Shown: positions 38,267 to 49,138, counted from the first letter of the stretch. The stretch: 62,988 nt of DNA from Promethearchaeati archaeon (GCA_013166775.1 JABLTJ010000020.1:1-62988); one strand, 5' to 3'. Numbers and translations are program-made. Notes: a model not told the origin generated them from the letters alone.

Positions 38267-39382
38267 ATGAAAAGAATAGGTTTAATAGTTAATCCTATTG
38301 CTGGAATGGGAGGCAAAGTTGGACTCAAAGGAACAGATGGTTCAGCTATTTTAACAAAAGCAAAATGTATGGGGGCAGAACCAGAATCATCAAAACGTGC
38401 AGTAAAAACATTAGAAAGAATTGTTTCTCTTAAAGATGAAATCGAGTTAATTACATATCCAAGTGAAATGGGTGAAAATGCAGCTAAACAATGTGGTTTT
38501 GTTCCTAAAGTAATTGGAACAATAAGAGAAGGAAGGACTACTAGTGACGATACTCAACAAGCAGCCAAAGATTTATGTAAACATAAAATTGATCTTCTGC
38601 TTTTCGCTGGAGGTGATGGAACAGCGAGAGACATTTACACATCGATAGGGGATGAACTTATTGTATTAGGGATTCCAACGGGTGTTAAAATGCATTCTGC
38701 AGTTTTTGCAAGTAATCCAATGAGAGCTGGAGATTTAGCGTTGTTATATCTTCAAGGAAAGGTAAAAGAAGTAAAAGAAGTTGAGGTTATGGATATAGAT
38801 GAGGAAGCATATAGAACAGGAGCAGTTTCCGCAGAATTATATGGTTACCTAAAAATCCCTTTTGAGAGAAGATATGTTAGAGGAATGAAAGCAGGAAGCT
38901 CACCAGATGAAAAATATGCTCAAGAAGCAATTGCTCAAGAAATTATAGATAATATGGAAGAGGATTGTTTCTATATCATTGGACCTGGTACAACACCTAG
39001 ATCAATCATGAAAAAATTGAAACTTGATAATACATTGCTAGGCGTAGATCTCATTTATGGTAAAGAACTCATAGAAAAAGATCTTAACGAAAAAAAACTA
39101 CTAAAGCATATTAAGGATAATAATGTAAAGTTGATTATAACTCCTATTGGAGGACAAGGTTTCTTATTTGGAAGAGGCAACCAACAGTTGAGCCCAGATG
39201 TGATTAAGGAAATAGGAGTAGACAATATCATTGTCATTGCTACAGTTCAAAAGATTAATTCACTAAATGGTCAACCATTTCTCGTAGATACCGGTGATAG
39301 AGAACTGGATGATTCCTTGAGTGGTCATGTTATTGTAGTAACTGGATATCGTGAAAAGATAGTATACAGAATAGATTCGTGA
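38267..39382 (+). CDS. ATP-NAD kinase-like / AcoX-related protein
   Basis: IVNPIAGMGG.VGLKGTD, FAGGDGTARD, GIPTGVKMHS, GGQGFLFGRGNQQ. Confidence 0.85.
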   Translation: MKRIGLIVNPIAGMGGKVGLKGTDGSAILTKAKCMGAEPESSKRAVKTLERIVSLKDEIELITYPSEMGENAAKQCGFVPKVIGTIREGRTTSDDTQQAAKDLCKHKIDLLLFAGGDGTARDIYTSIGDELIVLGIPTGVKMHSAVFASNPMRAGDLALLYLQGKVKEVKEVEVMDIDEEAYRTGAVSAELYGYLKIPFERRYVRGMKAGSSPDEKYAQEAIAQEIIDNMEEDCFYIIGPGTTPRSIMKKLKLDNTLLGVDLIYGKELIEKDLNEKKLLKHIKDNNVKLIITPIGGQGFLFGRGNQQLSPDVIKEIGVDNIIVIATVQKINSLNGQPFLVDTGDRELDDSLSGHVIVVTGYREKIVYRIDS

Positions 39383-39515
39383 AAAAATCATTATATTTGA
39401 GTAAAAAAAAGGGAAAAACATAGAAAAAACACGTTTACAAGCCTCAAAATACCAAATATCTGTGTCTCAAATGATTTTATGAGTTTATATATTAATCTCT
39501 GGTTAATATAATAGA

Positions 39516-40466
39516 ATGTCCCGTTATGCGACTTTGCTATTGTTATTAAAACACATGGGATACATTAACGGGAGAGTCCAGTTTCAAAAATTAACCTTTC
39601 TTTTGGAAAAAAATTATCACATTAACACCGAGTATGATTTTATTCCCTTCAAGTTTGGTCCATATTGTCAAGCAGTTCAGGAGGACATTCAGCATTTAAT
39701 CAACTATGGATATATCGAACACGAAGAAGTGGAAAAAACAGGTGGAGAATTACTTCATCGTTATCAGATTACAGAACATGGTGAGCAATATCTCTTAGAA
39801 AATGATTTTGGAGAGATATATGACCAAGTAATTCAAGATTTGTGCTATGATTTCAAAAATTATAGTATTAGACAGCTTGTTGAATACGTTTACGAAAACT
39901 ATCCAGAATATATAATTCACTCTGAGGTCAGAAGTCAATATTATCACCCTAAACCTAAACAAGAAGATTTTACATCTGCGGATAAGCTTCTTGATAGAAA
40001 ACCCATCATCACCCCATCCTTTGTCAAGTGGTTGGATGAAGAGATTAAAATCACAACAAAGAGATTGGAAGTTTCTGAAGTGCCAAATGAGCATAAAGCT
40101 GATGAGATGGAATTAGACGAGTTAGTCTCAGAAATGCTTGATATTGCATATGAAGATATTGCTACCAAAGCCCAAGAAATTTCAACTAAAATTATGTTAG
40201 AAGATTACAGTGAATCTGGAGATATTAATAATAAAATCTATTTTATACTTGAAATTCTTGAAAATCTACTTGGAGTGCTTGCGGAAAAGGATATTATTGG
40301 AATATATACAGAATTTGCAAACACGAAAACCAATATACAAATGCTTGATGAGTTAATAGCGCTTCATCGAACTTCTCTAAAATCCGATCTAGTCAGATTT
40401 TTGTTTGAATTCATAGAGGATGTAGGCTTTTTCTTGGATAGTATAGATAGAATAATCTCACTATAG
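39516..40466 (+). CDS. DUF4065/SocA(Panacea)/YwgA-like N-terminal domain plus acidic helical C-terminal domain
   Basis: GRVQFQKLTFLL...YDF.PFKFGPY...YQITEHG...LVEYVYENYPEY. Confidence 0.65.
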   Translation: MSRYATLLLLLKHMGYINGRVQFQKLTFLLEKNYHINTEYDFIPFKFGPYCQAVQEDIQHLINYGYIEHEEVEKTGGELLHRYQITEHGEQYLLENDFGEIYDQVIQDLCYDFKNYSIRQLVEYVYENYPEYIIHSEVRSQYYHPKPKQEDFTSADKLLDRKPIITPSFVKWLDEEIKITTKRLEVSEVPNEHKADEMELDELVSEMLDIAYEDIATKAQEISTKIMLEDYSESGDINNKIYFILEILENLLGVLAEKDIIGIYTEFANTKTNIQMLDELIALHRTSLKSDLVRFLFEFIEDVGFFLDSIDRIISL

Positions 40467-40509
40467 ATAAGTTATATTATATTAAAAAAAGAAGAAAAAA
40501 TAAATGTGT

Positions 40510-43218
40510 TTATTTGTTTTTCAACGTAGCATGTGCAGCTGCGAGTCTAGCAATGGGTACTCTAAAGGGACTACAAGAAACATAATCTAAGCCAATTCTG
40601 TAACAAAAATCAATAGATTTGGGATCCCCGCCCTGCTCACCACAAATTCCAACCTCTAACTTTGGATTTGCTTCTTTACCTTCATCCACGCACAGTTTCA
40701 TTAATCTTCCAACACCCTCTTCTTCAATCGAAACGAATGGATCGGTTTCCAAAATACCTTTATCCATATAATTTGAAATAAATGGTCCAGCATCATCTCT
40801 GCTAAAACCAAGAGTCATTTGATGTAAATCATTTGTTCCAAAACTGAAGAATTCAGCACCATTTTCTCCACCTGCGATTTCCCTGCTAGTTAAAGCAGCT
40901 CGAGGTACTTCGATCATTGTTCCTATGAGATACTTGAATTGTAAATTCTCTTCTTCCATGACTTCTTTTGCTACACGATCAATTATAGTTTTTTGATTTT
41001 GAAATTCCTTATTAAAACCAACAAGAGGAACCATCACTTCAGGATATACTTTTTTTCCTTTCTTAAGAACGTTAGTAGCTGCCTTGAATATTGCTCGAGA
41101 TTGCATTTCAGTTACAACAGGCATGGTAATTCCAAGCCTGCATCCTCTTAAACCTAACATTGGATTCTGTTCTTTCATGTCTCTTACAACATCGAGCATA
41201 TTGTATTGCTCTTTTAATTCTTCATCGGTTTTTCCTTTCAGTTTTTCTTCATAGATTTCAATAAGAAGTTCTTCTTCACTTGGTAGAAACTCATGTAACG
41301 GGGGATCAATTAACCTTATTATAACGGGCAAGCCTCCTGAAACATCAAACAATCCTTCAAAATCTTCTCGTTGGATTGGTTCAAGTTGGTCAACATAATG
41401 CTTTCGTTCACTTTCGTCTTTAGCTAAAATCATTCCTCTAACTAAATCTAGATTATCGAAAAACATATGTTCTGTTCTACAAAGACCAATCCCTTTTGCT
41501 CCAAAATCTAGAGCTTTTTCAAATTGATCAGGCTTATCAGCATTTGCTCTAACACCAATTTTTGCAGTAGTATCGCACCAATTAAGTATAGTAATGATTG
41601 AATCTGGAAGTTGTGCAGGTCTTGTTGGAAGTTTATCTGCATAGATAAATCCATCCTCACCATCAATTGTTATCCAATCTCCTTCTTTAACGGTGATTCC
41701 ATTTGCAGTCATTTCACGTTTCTCAGCATCAATAGATATTCCGCCGTTTTCACTGCCTACAATACAAGCTTTTCCTATTTGACGTGCTACAATTGCTGCA
41801 TGACTTGTAAGACCACCTTTCATTGTTAGTATTCCATTACTTGCAGCCATTCCATGAAAATCTTCAGGTGTTGTTTCAACCCTAACCAAGATTACGTCTT
41901 GATTTTTGTTTGCATATTCTTCTGCTTTATCTGCATCAAATATTGCAATACCTGTAGCTGCTGCTGCACCTGCTGCTAGCCCAGAACCAAGTGATTTGTC
42001 TTTAAGAGATTCTTTTACTTGTTTTATTGGAGCATTTGGATTAATCTGTGACCAATCAACTGATGGAAATAAGGCGTTTTCAACATCACTAGGTTCTATT
42101 CTAAGAATCGCCTCTTCTTTGCTTATCAACTCTTCTTCTACAAAATCATAAGCTATTTGTCCAGCAGCTATCCCTGTTCTTTTCCCATTTCTTGTTTGAA
42201 GCATGTAAAGCTTCCCTTGTTGAATCGTGAACTCCATATCTTGCATATCACGGTATCTTTGTTCTAATAATTCTGAAATCGCTGCAAGTTCTTCATATAG
42301 CTTAGGCATGCTTTCTTTTAGGGTTTCAATAGAGATTGGGGTTCGAATTCCTGCTACAACATCTTCCCCTTGAGCATTTACCAGATATTCACCATATAAG
42401 TGCTTATCACCTGTTGATGGATTTCTTGTAAAAGCTACTCCAGTTGCAGAAGTTTCTCCAAGATTTCCGTAAACCATTGTCATAACATTAACAGCTGTTC
42501 CTAAATCATGCGAAATGTTTTGGTAATTTCTATAGTCAATTGCCCTTTTAGTATTCCAGCTTCCAAAAACCGCTCGAATTGAATCATCTAATTGCTTCCT
42601 AGGATCTTGTGGAAAATCTTCACCCAAATGTTCCTTGTATAGTTGTTTGAATTTTTGAATTAATTGTTTCAATTCTTTAGCTGGTACATCTGTATCAGAT
42701 TCTACACCTAGTTTTTCCTTTAATAGCACAAATTCTTTCTCAAAATACTCTTTACTGACTCCTTTTACTACATCAGCATACATATAGATGAATCTTCTAT
42801 ACGAATCGTAAGCAAATCTAGAATCATTTGATGCTCTAGCTAATCCTTCAACCGAAGAATCATTCAAACCTAGATTTAGAACGGTATCCATCATTCCTGG
42901 CATGGAAATAACTGCACCGCTTCTTACGGAAACTAGAAGTGGGTCATTGTTATCTCCAAGTTTTTTCCCCATGAATTCTTCTAATTCTTGTAATACATGA
43001 TCAATTTGTTCTGATAAACCATCAGGATAAGTTTCATTCTTTTCCAAAAAATGAATACATGCTTTAGTTGAAATCACAAAACCAGGAGGAACCGGTAAGC
43101 CTAAATTAATCATCTCAGCAAGATTTGCACCTTTACCACCAAGTAAAGGTTTCATATCTGCTTTTCCTTCACTTAAATCCTTACTAAAGAATTTATAGAC
43201 ATATTTTTCTATCATCAA
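40510..43218 (-). CDS. ppdK: Pyruvate, phosphate dikinase
   Basis: LGGKGANLAEM, SMPGMMDTVLNLG, GGLTSHAAIVAR, FSFGTNDL, GICGE. Confidence 0.97.
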   Translation of the reverse strand: MMIEKYVYKFFSKDLSEGKADMKPLLGGKGANLAEMINLGLPVPPGFVISTKACIHFLEKNETYPDGLSEQIDHVLQELEEFMGKKLGDNNDPLLVSVRSGAVISMPGMMDTVLNLGLNDSSVEGLARASNDSRFAYDSYRRFIYMYADVVKGVSKEYFEKEFVLLKEKLGVESDTDVPAKELKQLIQKFKQLYKEHLGEDFPQDPRKQLDDSIRAVFGSWNTKRAIDYRNYQNISHDLGTAVNVMTMVYGNLGETSATGVAFTRNPSTGDKHLYGEYLVNAQGEDVVAGIRTPISIETLKESMPKLYEELAAISELLEQRYRDMQDMEFTIQQGKLYMLQTRNGKRTGIAAGQIAYDFVEEELISKEEAILRIEPSDVENALFPSVDWSQINPNAPIKQVKESLKDKSLGSGLAAGAAAATGIAIFDADKAEEYANKNQDVILVRVETTPEDFHGMAASNGILTMKGGLTSHAAIVARQIGKACIVGSENGGISIDAEKREMTANGITVKEGDWITIDGEDGFIYADKLPTRPAQLPDSIITILNWCDTTAKIGVRANADKPDQFEKALDFGAKGIGLCRTEHMFFDNLDLVRGMILAKDESERKHYVDQLEPIQREDFEGLFDVSGGLPVIIRLIDPPLHEFLPSEEELLIEIYEEKLKGKTDEELKEQYNMLDVVRDMKEQNPMLGLRGCRLGITMPVVTEMQSRAIFKAATNVLKKGKKVYPEVMVPLVGFNKEFQNQKTIIDRVAKEVMEEENLQFKYLIGTMIEVPRAALTSREIAGGENGAEFFSFGTNDLHQMTLGFSRDDAGPFISNYMDKGILETDPFVSIEEEGVGRLMKLCVDEGKEANPKLEVGICGEQGGDPKSIDFCYRIGLDYVSCSPFRVPIARLAAAHATLKNK

Positions 43219-43324
43219 TTAACACCTACAATCCATTCAATCAAAATGAAATTTTTAAGGTTATGTTTTAACAAAATTTATTTTCAAAGATAAAGTTTAA
43301 CAAACAGAAGAAGTAATTTTTTTT

Positions 43325-44134
43325 GTGAAAGATAAATTAATTTTACTAACAAATGATGATGGTATTAAATCTCAAGGTCTTTATTCATTAAAGAAGCATC
43401 TCAACAGAATCTGTAAAGTAGAGTGTTTTGCTCCAACTGAACCTAGTTCAGCTGTCTCCAAAGCTCTTACATTTCATAAGCCCATTCGTTTTTACTCCTT
43501 TAACTTTGAGGACGGTACTACAGGATACAGTACTACAGGTTCTCCCGCAGATAATGTTTTGGTTGGTCTCCACGTTTTGAAAAGAAAACCAGATATCGTA
43601 GTAAGTGGGATTAATTATGGAGATAATTCATCAATTCATTCTATTCTTACAAGCGGAACATGTGCTGCAGCTTTTGAAGCAGCTTTTAACAACGTTCCTG
43701 CTATCGCATTTTCAGCTGATGTTTCTGATGATGCACAATTAATTGATCAAAGAGGTATTGATTTTGATCATTTTGCACAGATATCCAAGGAGATTGTTGA
43801 ACTAACATTGGAATTGGATTGGCCAAAAGATTTAGCTTTTCTCAATGTGAATTATCCCACAGAAATCACTGATGAAACCAAGGTATATGTGACAGAACCA
43901 ACAGTTTACAAATACGATAATTATATGGTTGAAAAGAAGGATCCCAGAAAACTAACATATCTTTGGCTTTGGGGTGAAAGAAAGAAAACGTTTCCTGAAA
44001 ACACTGATTCCTGGGCTGTCATTCATAAAAAAGGTATAAGTATATCTCCAATAGCTTTCAATCTTCATGAAAAAACAGATCAGTCATTAAAACTAGCAAA
44101 AACAGTTCAAAAACACATTAAAATAGATTTGTAG
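43325..44134 (+). CDS. surE: 5'/3'-nucleotidase SurE
   Basis: LLTNDDG, GSPAD, VVSGINYG.N, SGT.AAA.EA. Confidence 0.93.
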   Translation: MKDKLILLTNDDGIKSQGLYSLKKHLNRICKVECFAPTEPSSAVSKALTFHKPIRFYSFNFEDGTTGYSTTGSPADNVLVGLHVLKRKPDIVVSGINYGDNSSIHSILTSGTCAAAFEAAFNNVPAIAFSADVSDDAQLIDQRGIDFDHFAQISKEIVELTLELDWPKDLAFLNVNYPTEITDETKVYVTEPTVYKYDNYMVEKKDPRKLTYLWLWGERKKTFPENTDSWAVIHKKGISISPIAFNLHEKTDQSLKLAKTVQKHIKIDL

Positions 44135-44192
44135 TTATGTTTAGCGTTGTCTTTATACTCCTTTATATACTAATATCCATATGAAAAAGTGA

Positions 44193-45590
44193 TTGGTTTT
44201 GCCTTTAGAATCTCGTGAGTATCAGAACTTTATCATTCAAGAAATTGCTAAAAAAATAGAGTTAAATCAAAGCGTTATTCTTGAATTAGATTGTGGGATG
44301 GGTAAACGAGTTTTAGTTTACCGACTTCTTGTTGAGATTTTCAAAGAACAGAAAGTAGTAGTCTTTCTTCAAACCCATTCATCACTTGAAGAAACTAGCA
44401 GCTACCTGGAGAAAGAATATGGTGGAATTGAGGGATTAGCGACTATAAAGAGTGGTTCAAATTCTAAATATAGAAAATATATTATTGAAAATAATAGAGT
44501 AATTCTCACACTCCCAATAGTTTTTTCAAATACTCTCAAAAAATTCCCCCAACTTGCAAGAGAATTTAACATTGTAATTATTAACGAAGTTGATCAGATA
44601 ATAAAACGTATATCTCAGCACAGAGTTCTATGTGTTCCTTGGAATACATTAATACAGCAAATGTCTGAAACCCATTTTATTGGAATGAGTGGAACTCTAC
44701 GTGATGAACACATAATTCTAGATGAGAATCAACTTCATTTAAGAAATGAATTAAAAACACTAATTGAGTTTATTCCTAACAGTTCTGTTATTTCTATTGA
44801 AGATTTTCTTGATACAGATTTAGAGAATTATATTAAAAACACAGAGGTCCATATACATCCAATTATTGATGATAAAACGGCAGAAATTATTCAAATGCTT
44901 ACTACCAGAATAGAAGAAGTCAAAGAAGAAATAATCCAAGAAGTATCTGAAACTTCACCTAAAGATCTTTACCAGCTGAAGAAGAATTTTTTCAATATTT
45001 TACCGATGCTTTCTATTGATACCGAGCTTATTGAGAAACTTAATCGTTTGTTATTATTACGAAAGTATGTGTATTCAATGCCTGCTAGTACCTACTATAA
45101 TTACCTTATTAGATACGGTTTTAGTAGAGATGACCTTAGTAATTTACCAAAAAATAGTGGAAAAGAGCTTGAAGCTTTAAAAATTGCAAAACAACATCAA
45201 AAAACTACAATCCTTTGTTCGTTTCTCTCAACAGTTAGTTCGTTATCAGAATTGATAGAAAAAGAAGGTTTTGCAATATTCCAAGTAACTGGGAGAACAA
45301 AAAACAAAAATGAAATAATCCAAAATTTTAAAGATTTTGATGATAGAGCAGCACTTATTTTGTCTCCCATAGGTGAAAGGGATTTAGATATTCCACAAAC
45401 AGACATGATAATTGTTTTTGATTTAGTTAACTCACCTAAAACAGTATATCAGAAATTCAAAAGGAGCAGGGGTGGAAAAGTAGTTTTGCTGTTTTATGAT
45501 GATACACCAGAAAGACAAAAAGTCAAACGCGTTGTTAGTGAAATTGCTATTCGATATCCTTGGTCTACTATTTTCTATTCTGATAAGTAA
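44193..45590 (+). CDS. Divergent SF2 helicase-like protein (Hef/FANCM-like core, no nuclease)
   Basis: REYQ Q-motif, CGMGK Walker A, NEVD motif II, GMSGT, GERDLDIP, YQKFKRSRGG. Confidence 0.7.
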   Translation: MVLPLESREYQNFIIQEIAKKIELNQSVILELDCGMGKRVLVYRLLVEIFKEQKVVVFLQTHSSLEETSSYLEKEYGGIEGLATIKSGSNSKYRKYIIENNRVILTLPIVFSNTLKKFPQLAREFNIVIINEVDQIIKRISQHRVLCVPWNTLIQQMSETHFIGMSGTLRDEHIILDENQLHLRNELKTLIEFIPNSSVISIEDFLDTDLENYIKNTEVHIHPIIDDKTAEIIQMLTTRIEEVKEEIIQEVSETSPKDLYQLKKNFFNILPMLSIDTELIEKLNRLLLLRKYVYSMPASTYYNYLIRYGFSRDDLSNLPKNSGKELEALKIAKQHQKTTILCSFLSTVSSLSELIEKEGFAIFQVTGRTKNKNEIIQNFKDFDDRAALILSPIGERDLDIPQTDMIIVFDLVNSPKTVYQKFKRSRGGKVVLLFYDDTPERQKVKRVVSEIAIRYPWSTIFYSDK

Positions 45591-45695
45591 TTTTTGATAT
45601 AATTTTTTAAGTCTTAATTCATAAGCTTTTTATTATGTCAAATTTCCACATATTTGCGAGGACATATTAATTTTTGCTGACCTATGGGTGTTTAG

Positions 45696-48600
45696 ATGGC
45701 TACAAAAAAAAGTAAGACAGATATCAATAGTCGTTGGATATTAATTAATGCAATGTTTGATGAATTAGGTTTAGTTAGACAGCATCTTGATTCTTTTAAT
45801 GCGTTTATTGAAAATGGATTGCAGTCCGTTATAGACGAAATTAAAGTTATTGAACCTGAAGATTCAGAATTTTACGTTAAATTAGAAAGAGTTGAGGTTG
45901 AGGAACCAACAGTTCGTGAAGCTGATGGTTCCCAAAGTTCTATCTACCCCATGGAGGCTAGAGTTAGAAATCTCACATATGCATCTAGATTGAATCTTTT
46001 TATGACTCCTATCCGTCGAGGAGCTGAGGATGGGGTTGAGATACCACTAGAAACTATCAACGTTTTTATTGGTTATTTACCAATTATGCTAAAATCTAAG
46101 AAATGTCAGCTCTATAATCGTTCACCTGAATCTCTAATAAAATTGGGAGAGGATCCTAAAGATCCTGGAGGGTACTTCTTAGTAAACGGTAGTGAGCGTG
46201 TTATTGTAACTCAAGAAGATTTAGCACCAAATAGAATATTGATCGAAAAACTTAGTAGCAAAGGTAACGTTACTAGTGAAGCTAAGGTTTTCAGCGTAAT
46301 TCATGGTTTTAGAGCACCAGTAACTGTAGAACACACAAATGATGGACAATTGCGTGTAAGTTTCCCAAGTATGCCAAGAAAAATATCTCTCATTCTTCTA
46401 ATGCGAGCATTAGGAATTGAAAGAGATGATATGATTGCTATGGCTATAAGTCCAACACCAAAGTTGAGGACAAGAGTAATGTCCATTCTTATGAGAGAAT
46501 CCTCTGAAATAGATACAACAGAAGAAGCACTTGATTACATTGGTAAAAGGGTAGCTGTAGGACAAACTAAAGAATATCGTATAAATAGAGCAATGCAAGT
46601 ATTAGATAAATATTTGTTACCTCATCTCGGTAGCGATGAAGAATCAAGATTGAAAAAAGCGTTCTTCTTAGCTCGAATGGCTCAGCGATTGTTAGAATTA
46701 GAAGCTGGGATAAGAAATGAGGATGATAAGGATCATTATGCCAACAAGAGGTTAAAACTAGCAGGTGATCTACTATTAATGCTATATCGAGTTGCATTCC
46801 ATGCCCTTTGTCGTGATATAAAATATCAATTGGAAAGAGTTACAGTCAGAGGTCGTAGACCAAATCTAAAGACGGCTGTACGAGCTGATCTTATAACCGA
46901 AAGGCTTCGACACGCATTAGCTACTGGAAATTGGACTGGAGGAAAATCAGGTGTCAGTCAACTACTTGATAGAACAAATTATATGTCAGCATTAAGCCAT
47001 CTTCGAAGAGTAGTTAGTCCTTTAAGTAGAAGTCAACCTCACTTCGAGGCAAGAGATCTTCATCCCACTCATTTTGGTAAAATATGCCCTAACGAAACAC
47101 CAGAAGGACCTAATTGTGGTTTAGTTAAAAATTTAGCATTACAAGCTTATATTAGCGTAGGATTAGACGAAAAAGATATTGAGAAAAAACTGATAAAAGA
47201 TTTAGGATTGAATAAAATCAAACCTAAAGATTTGACTGATCCTAGCTCGCCTTTAGCAAAAATGGTTGCAGATCCCAACTATTGTAAAATTTTCTTGAAT
47301 GGTTGTTTTCTTGGTGTTGTTGAAAATGGAAATGATTTTCGAAAGCAGCTTATTGAAAAGCGTAAAACTGGAGACATCCACCATGAAGTCAATGTTGCTC
47401 ACTATGATGACACCAATGAAGTCTTGATAAATTGTGACGCAGGACGAGTACGACGTCCTCTCATCATTATAAAAGATGGAACACTTCAATTAACCAAAGA
47501 TATGTATAATTGGATCAAAAGTGGAAAATGGTCTTGGTCAGATCTTCTACGAAATCAAGTCTTAGAATATGTTGATGCTGAAGAAGAAGAAAACCTATTC
47601 ATAGCAATTGATGAAAATAACTTAAAAGCTGATAATTCTCATATGGAAATCACACCAAGTACAATTTTAGGTATCTGTGCTTCTCTAATACCATACCCAG
47701 AGCACAACAGATCCGATCGTAATGTCTATGAAGCTGGAATGGCTAAACAAGCTTTAGGTATTTTTTCAGCTAATTTTCGGTATAGGATGGATACTCGTGC
47801 TCACATTCTTCATTATCCCCAAAAACCCCTTGTAAAGACTCATGGAATGGATGCTATCCATTTTGAGAGTCGTCCCGCAGGTCAAAACTTTATTGTAGCA
47901 ATATTATCTTATGAGGGATATAACATGGAAGATGCTTTATTAATCAACAAAGCAGCTATTGAAAGGGGATTAGGAAGAAGCACCTTCTACAGAACATACG
48001 ATGCAGAGGAGAGAAAATATCCAAACGGTCAAGAGGACACTTTTGAAATACCAGATGACACCGTGAGAGGATACAAAGATGAATCACAATATGTACATTT
48101 AGGCGAGGATGGAATTATAGAGCCTGAAATATCGGTTGATGGAAATAGAGGAGATGTTCTTATCGGTCGTACAAGTCCACCTAGATTTTTAGAGGAATAC
48201 ACTGAATTTGATGTTCCTCCTCAAAATAGAAGAGAAACAAGTAAAGCAATAAGACACGGAGAAAAAGGAATATCAGATGTAGTTGTTTTGACAGACACCA
48301 ACGAAGGGAATCGATTAGTTAAAGTTAGGGTTAGATCTGAACGTGTTCCTGAGATTGGGGATAAATTCGCATCGCGCCATGGACAAAAGGGAGTTATTGG
48401 TTTGATTGTTCCTCAAGAAGATATGCCATTTACTGAATCAGGTGTTGTTCCTGATATAATAATAAATCCACATGCTATCCCCTCTAGAATGACAATTGGT
48501 ATGTTAATGGAATTAATTGCAGGGAAAGGAGCAGCACAAAGAGGATATGCATTTTATGGTACCGCTTTCAGCAATACAACACTAACTGAATTGCATCAGG

Positions 48601-49094
48601 AGCTAAAAAAGGGCGGATTACACCCACTTGGTAGAGAAGTAATGTATGATGGCAAAACAGGAAAAAGATTAGAAGGAAGTATCTTTGTAGGTTCGCAGTT
48701 TTATCAAAAACTCCATCATTTAGTTCAAGACAAGATTCATGCCCGTGCAAGAGGTCCTATACAAATGCTTACTAGACAACCCACCGAAGGTAGAGCTAGA
48801 GAGGGTGGTTTGAGATTTGGTGAAATGGAAAGGGATTGTCTAATTGGACATGGTACATCTATCCTTCTAAAAGAAAGATTACTTGATGAATCAGACAAAA
48901 CTGACGCTCTAATCTGTTCAAAATGTGGATTTTTAGCTATGTATGATCGTAACCGCGATCGCTATCATTGTCCTGTTTGCAAAGAAGAAACCCCTGTTTC
49001 CAAAGTAATCATAAGTTATGCATTCAAGCTTCTATTACAAGAACTGATGAGTCTGGGTATTGCTCCGCATATTGAATTAGAAGATATTGCCTAG
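45696..49094 (+). CDS. rpoB: DNA-directed RNA polymerase subunit B (Rpo2), unsplit
   Basis: GGYFLVNGSERV, CPNETPEG..CGLVKNLA, GYNMED, GDKFASRHGQKG, GGLRFGEMERDC, Zn ribbon. Confidence 0.98.
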   Translation: MATKKSKTDINSRWILINAMFDELGLVRQHLDSFNAFIENGLQSVIDEIKVIEPEDSEFYVKLERVEVEEPTVREADGSQSSIYPMEARVRNLTYASRLNLFMTPIRRGAEDGVEIPLETINVFIGYLPIMLKSKKCQLYNRSPESLIKLGEDPKDPGGYFLVNGSERVIVTQEDLAPNRILIEKLSSKGNVTSEAKVFSVIHGFRAPVTVEHTNDGQLRVSFPSMPRKISLILLMRALGIERDDMIAMAISPTPKLRTRVMSILMRESSEIDTTEEALDYIGKRVAVGQTKEYRINRAMQVLDKYLLPHLGSDEESRLKKAFFLARMAQRLLELEAGIRNEDDKDHYANKRLKLAGDLLLMLYRVAFHALCRDIKYQLERVTVRGRRPNLKTAVRADLITERLRHALATGNWTGGKSGVSQLLDRTNYMSALSHLRRVVSPLSRSQPHFEARDLHPTHFGKICPNETPEGPNCGLVKNLALQAYISVGLDEKDIEKKLIKDLGLNKIKPKDLTDPSSPLAKMVADPNYCKIFLNGCFLGVVENGNDFRKQLIEKRKTGDIHHEVNVAHYDDTNEVLINCDAGRVRRPLIIIKDGTLQLTKDMYNWIKSGKWSWSDLLRNQVLEYVDAEEEENLFIAIDENNLKADNSHMEITPSTILGICASLIPYPEHNRSDRNVYEAGMAKQALGIFSANFRYRMDTRAHILHYPQKPLVKTHGMDAIHFESRPAGQNFIVAILSYEGYNMEDALLINKAAIERGLGRSTFYRTYDAEERKYPNGQEDTFEIPDDTVRGYKDESQYVHLGEDGIIEPEISVDGNRGDVLIGRTSPPRFLEEYTEFDVPPQNRRETSKAIRHGEKGISDVVVLTDTNEGNRLVKVRVRSERVPEIGDKFASRHGQKGVIGLIVPQEDMPFTESGVVPDIIINPHAIPSRMTIGMLMELIAGKGAAQRGYAFYGTAFSNTTLTELHQELKKGGLHPLGREVMYDGKTGKRLEGSIFVGSQFYQKLHHLVQDKIHARARGPIQMLTRQPTEGRAREGGLRFGEMERDCLIGHGTSILLKERLLDESDKTDALICSKCGFLAMYDRNRDRYHCPVCKEETPVSKVIISYAFKLLLQELMSLGIAPHIELEDIA

Positions 49095-49138
49095 TATACA
49101 CCAACATTGACAATTAGAATTAGCGGAAAACATCTTGT

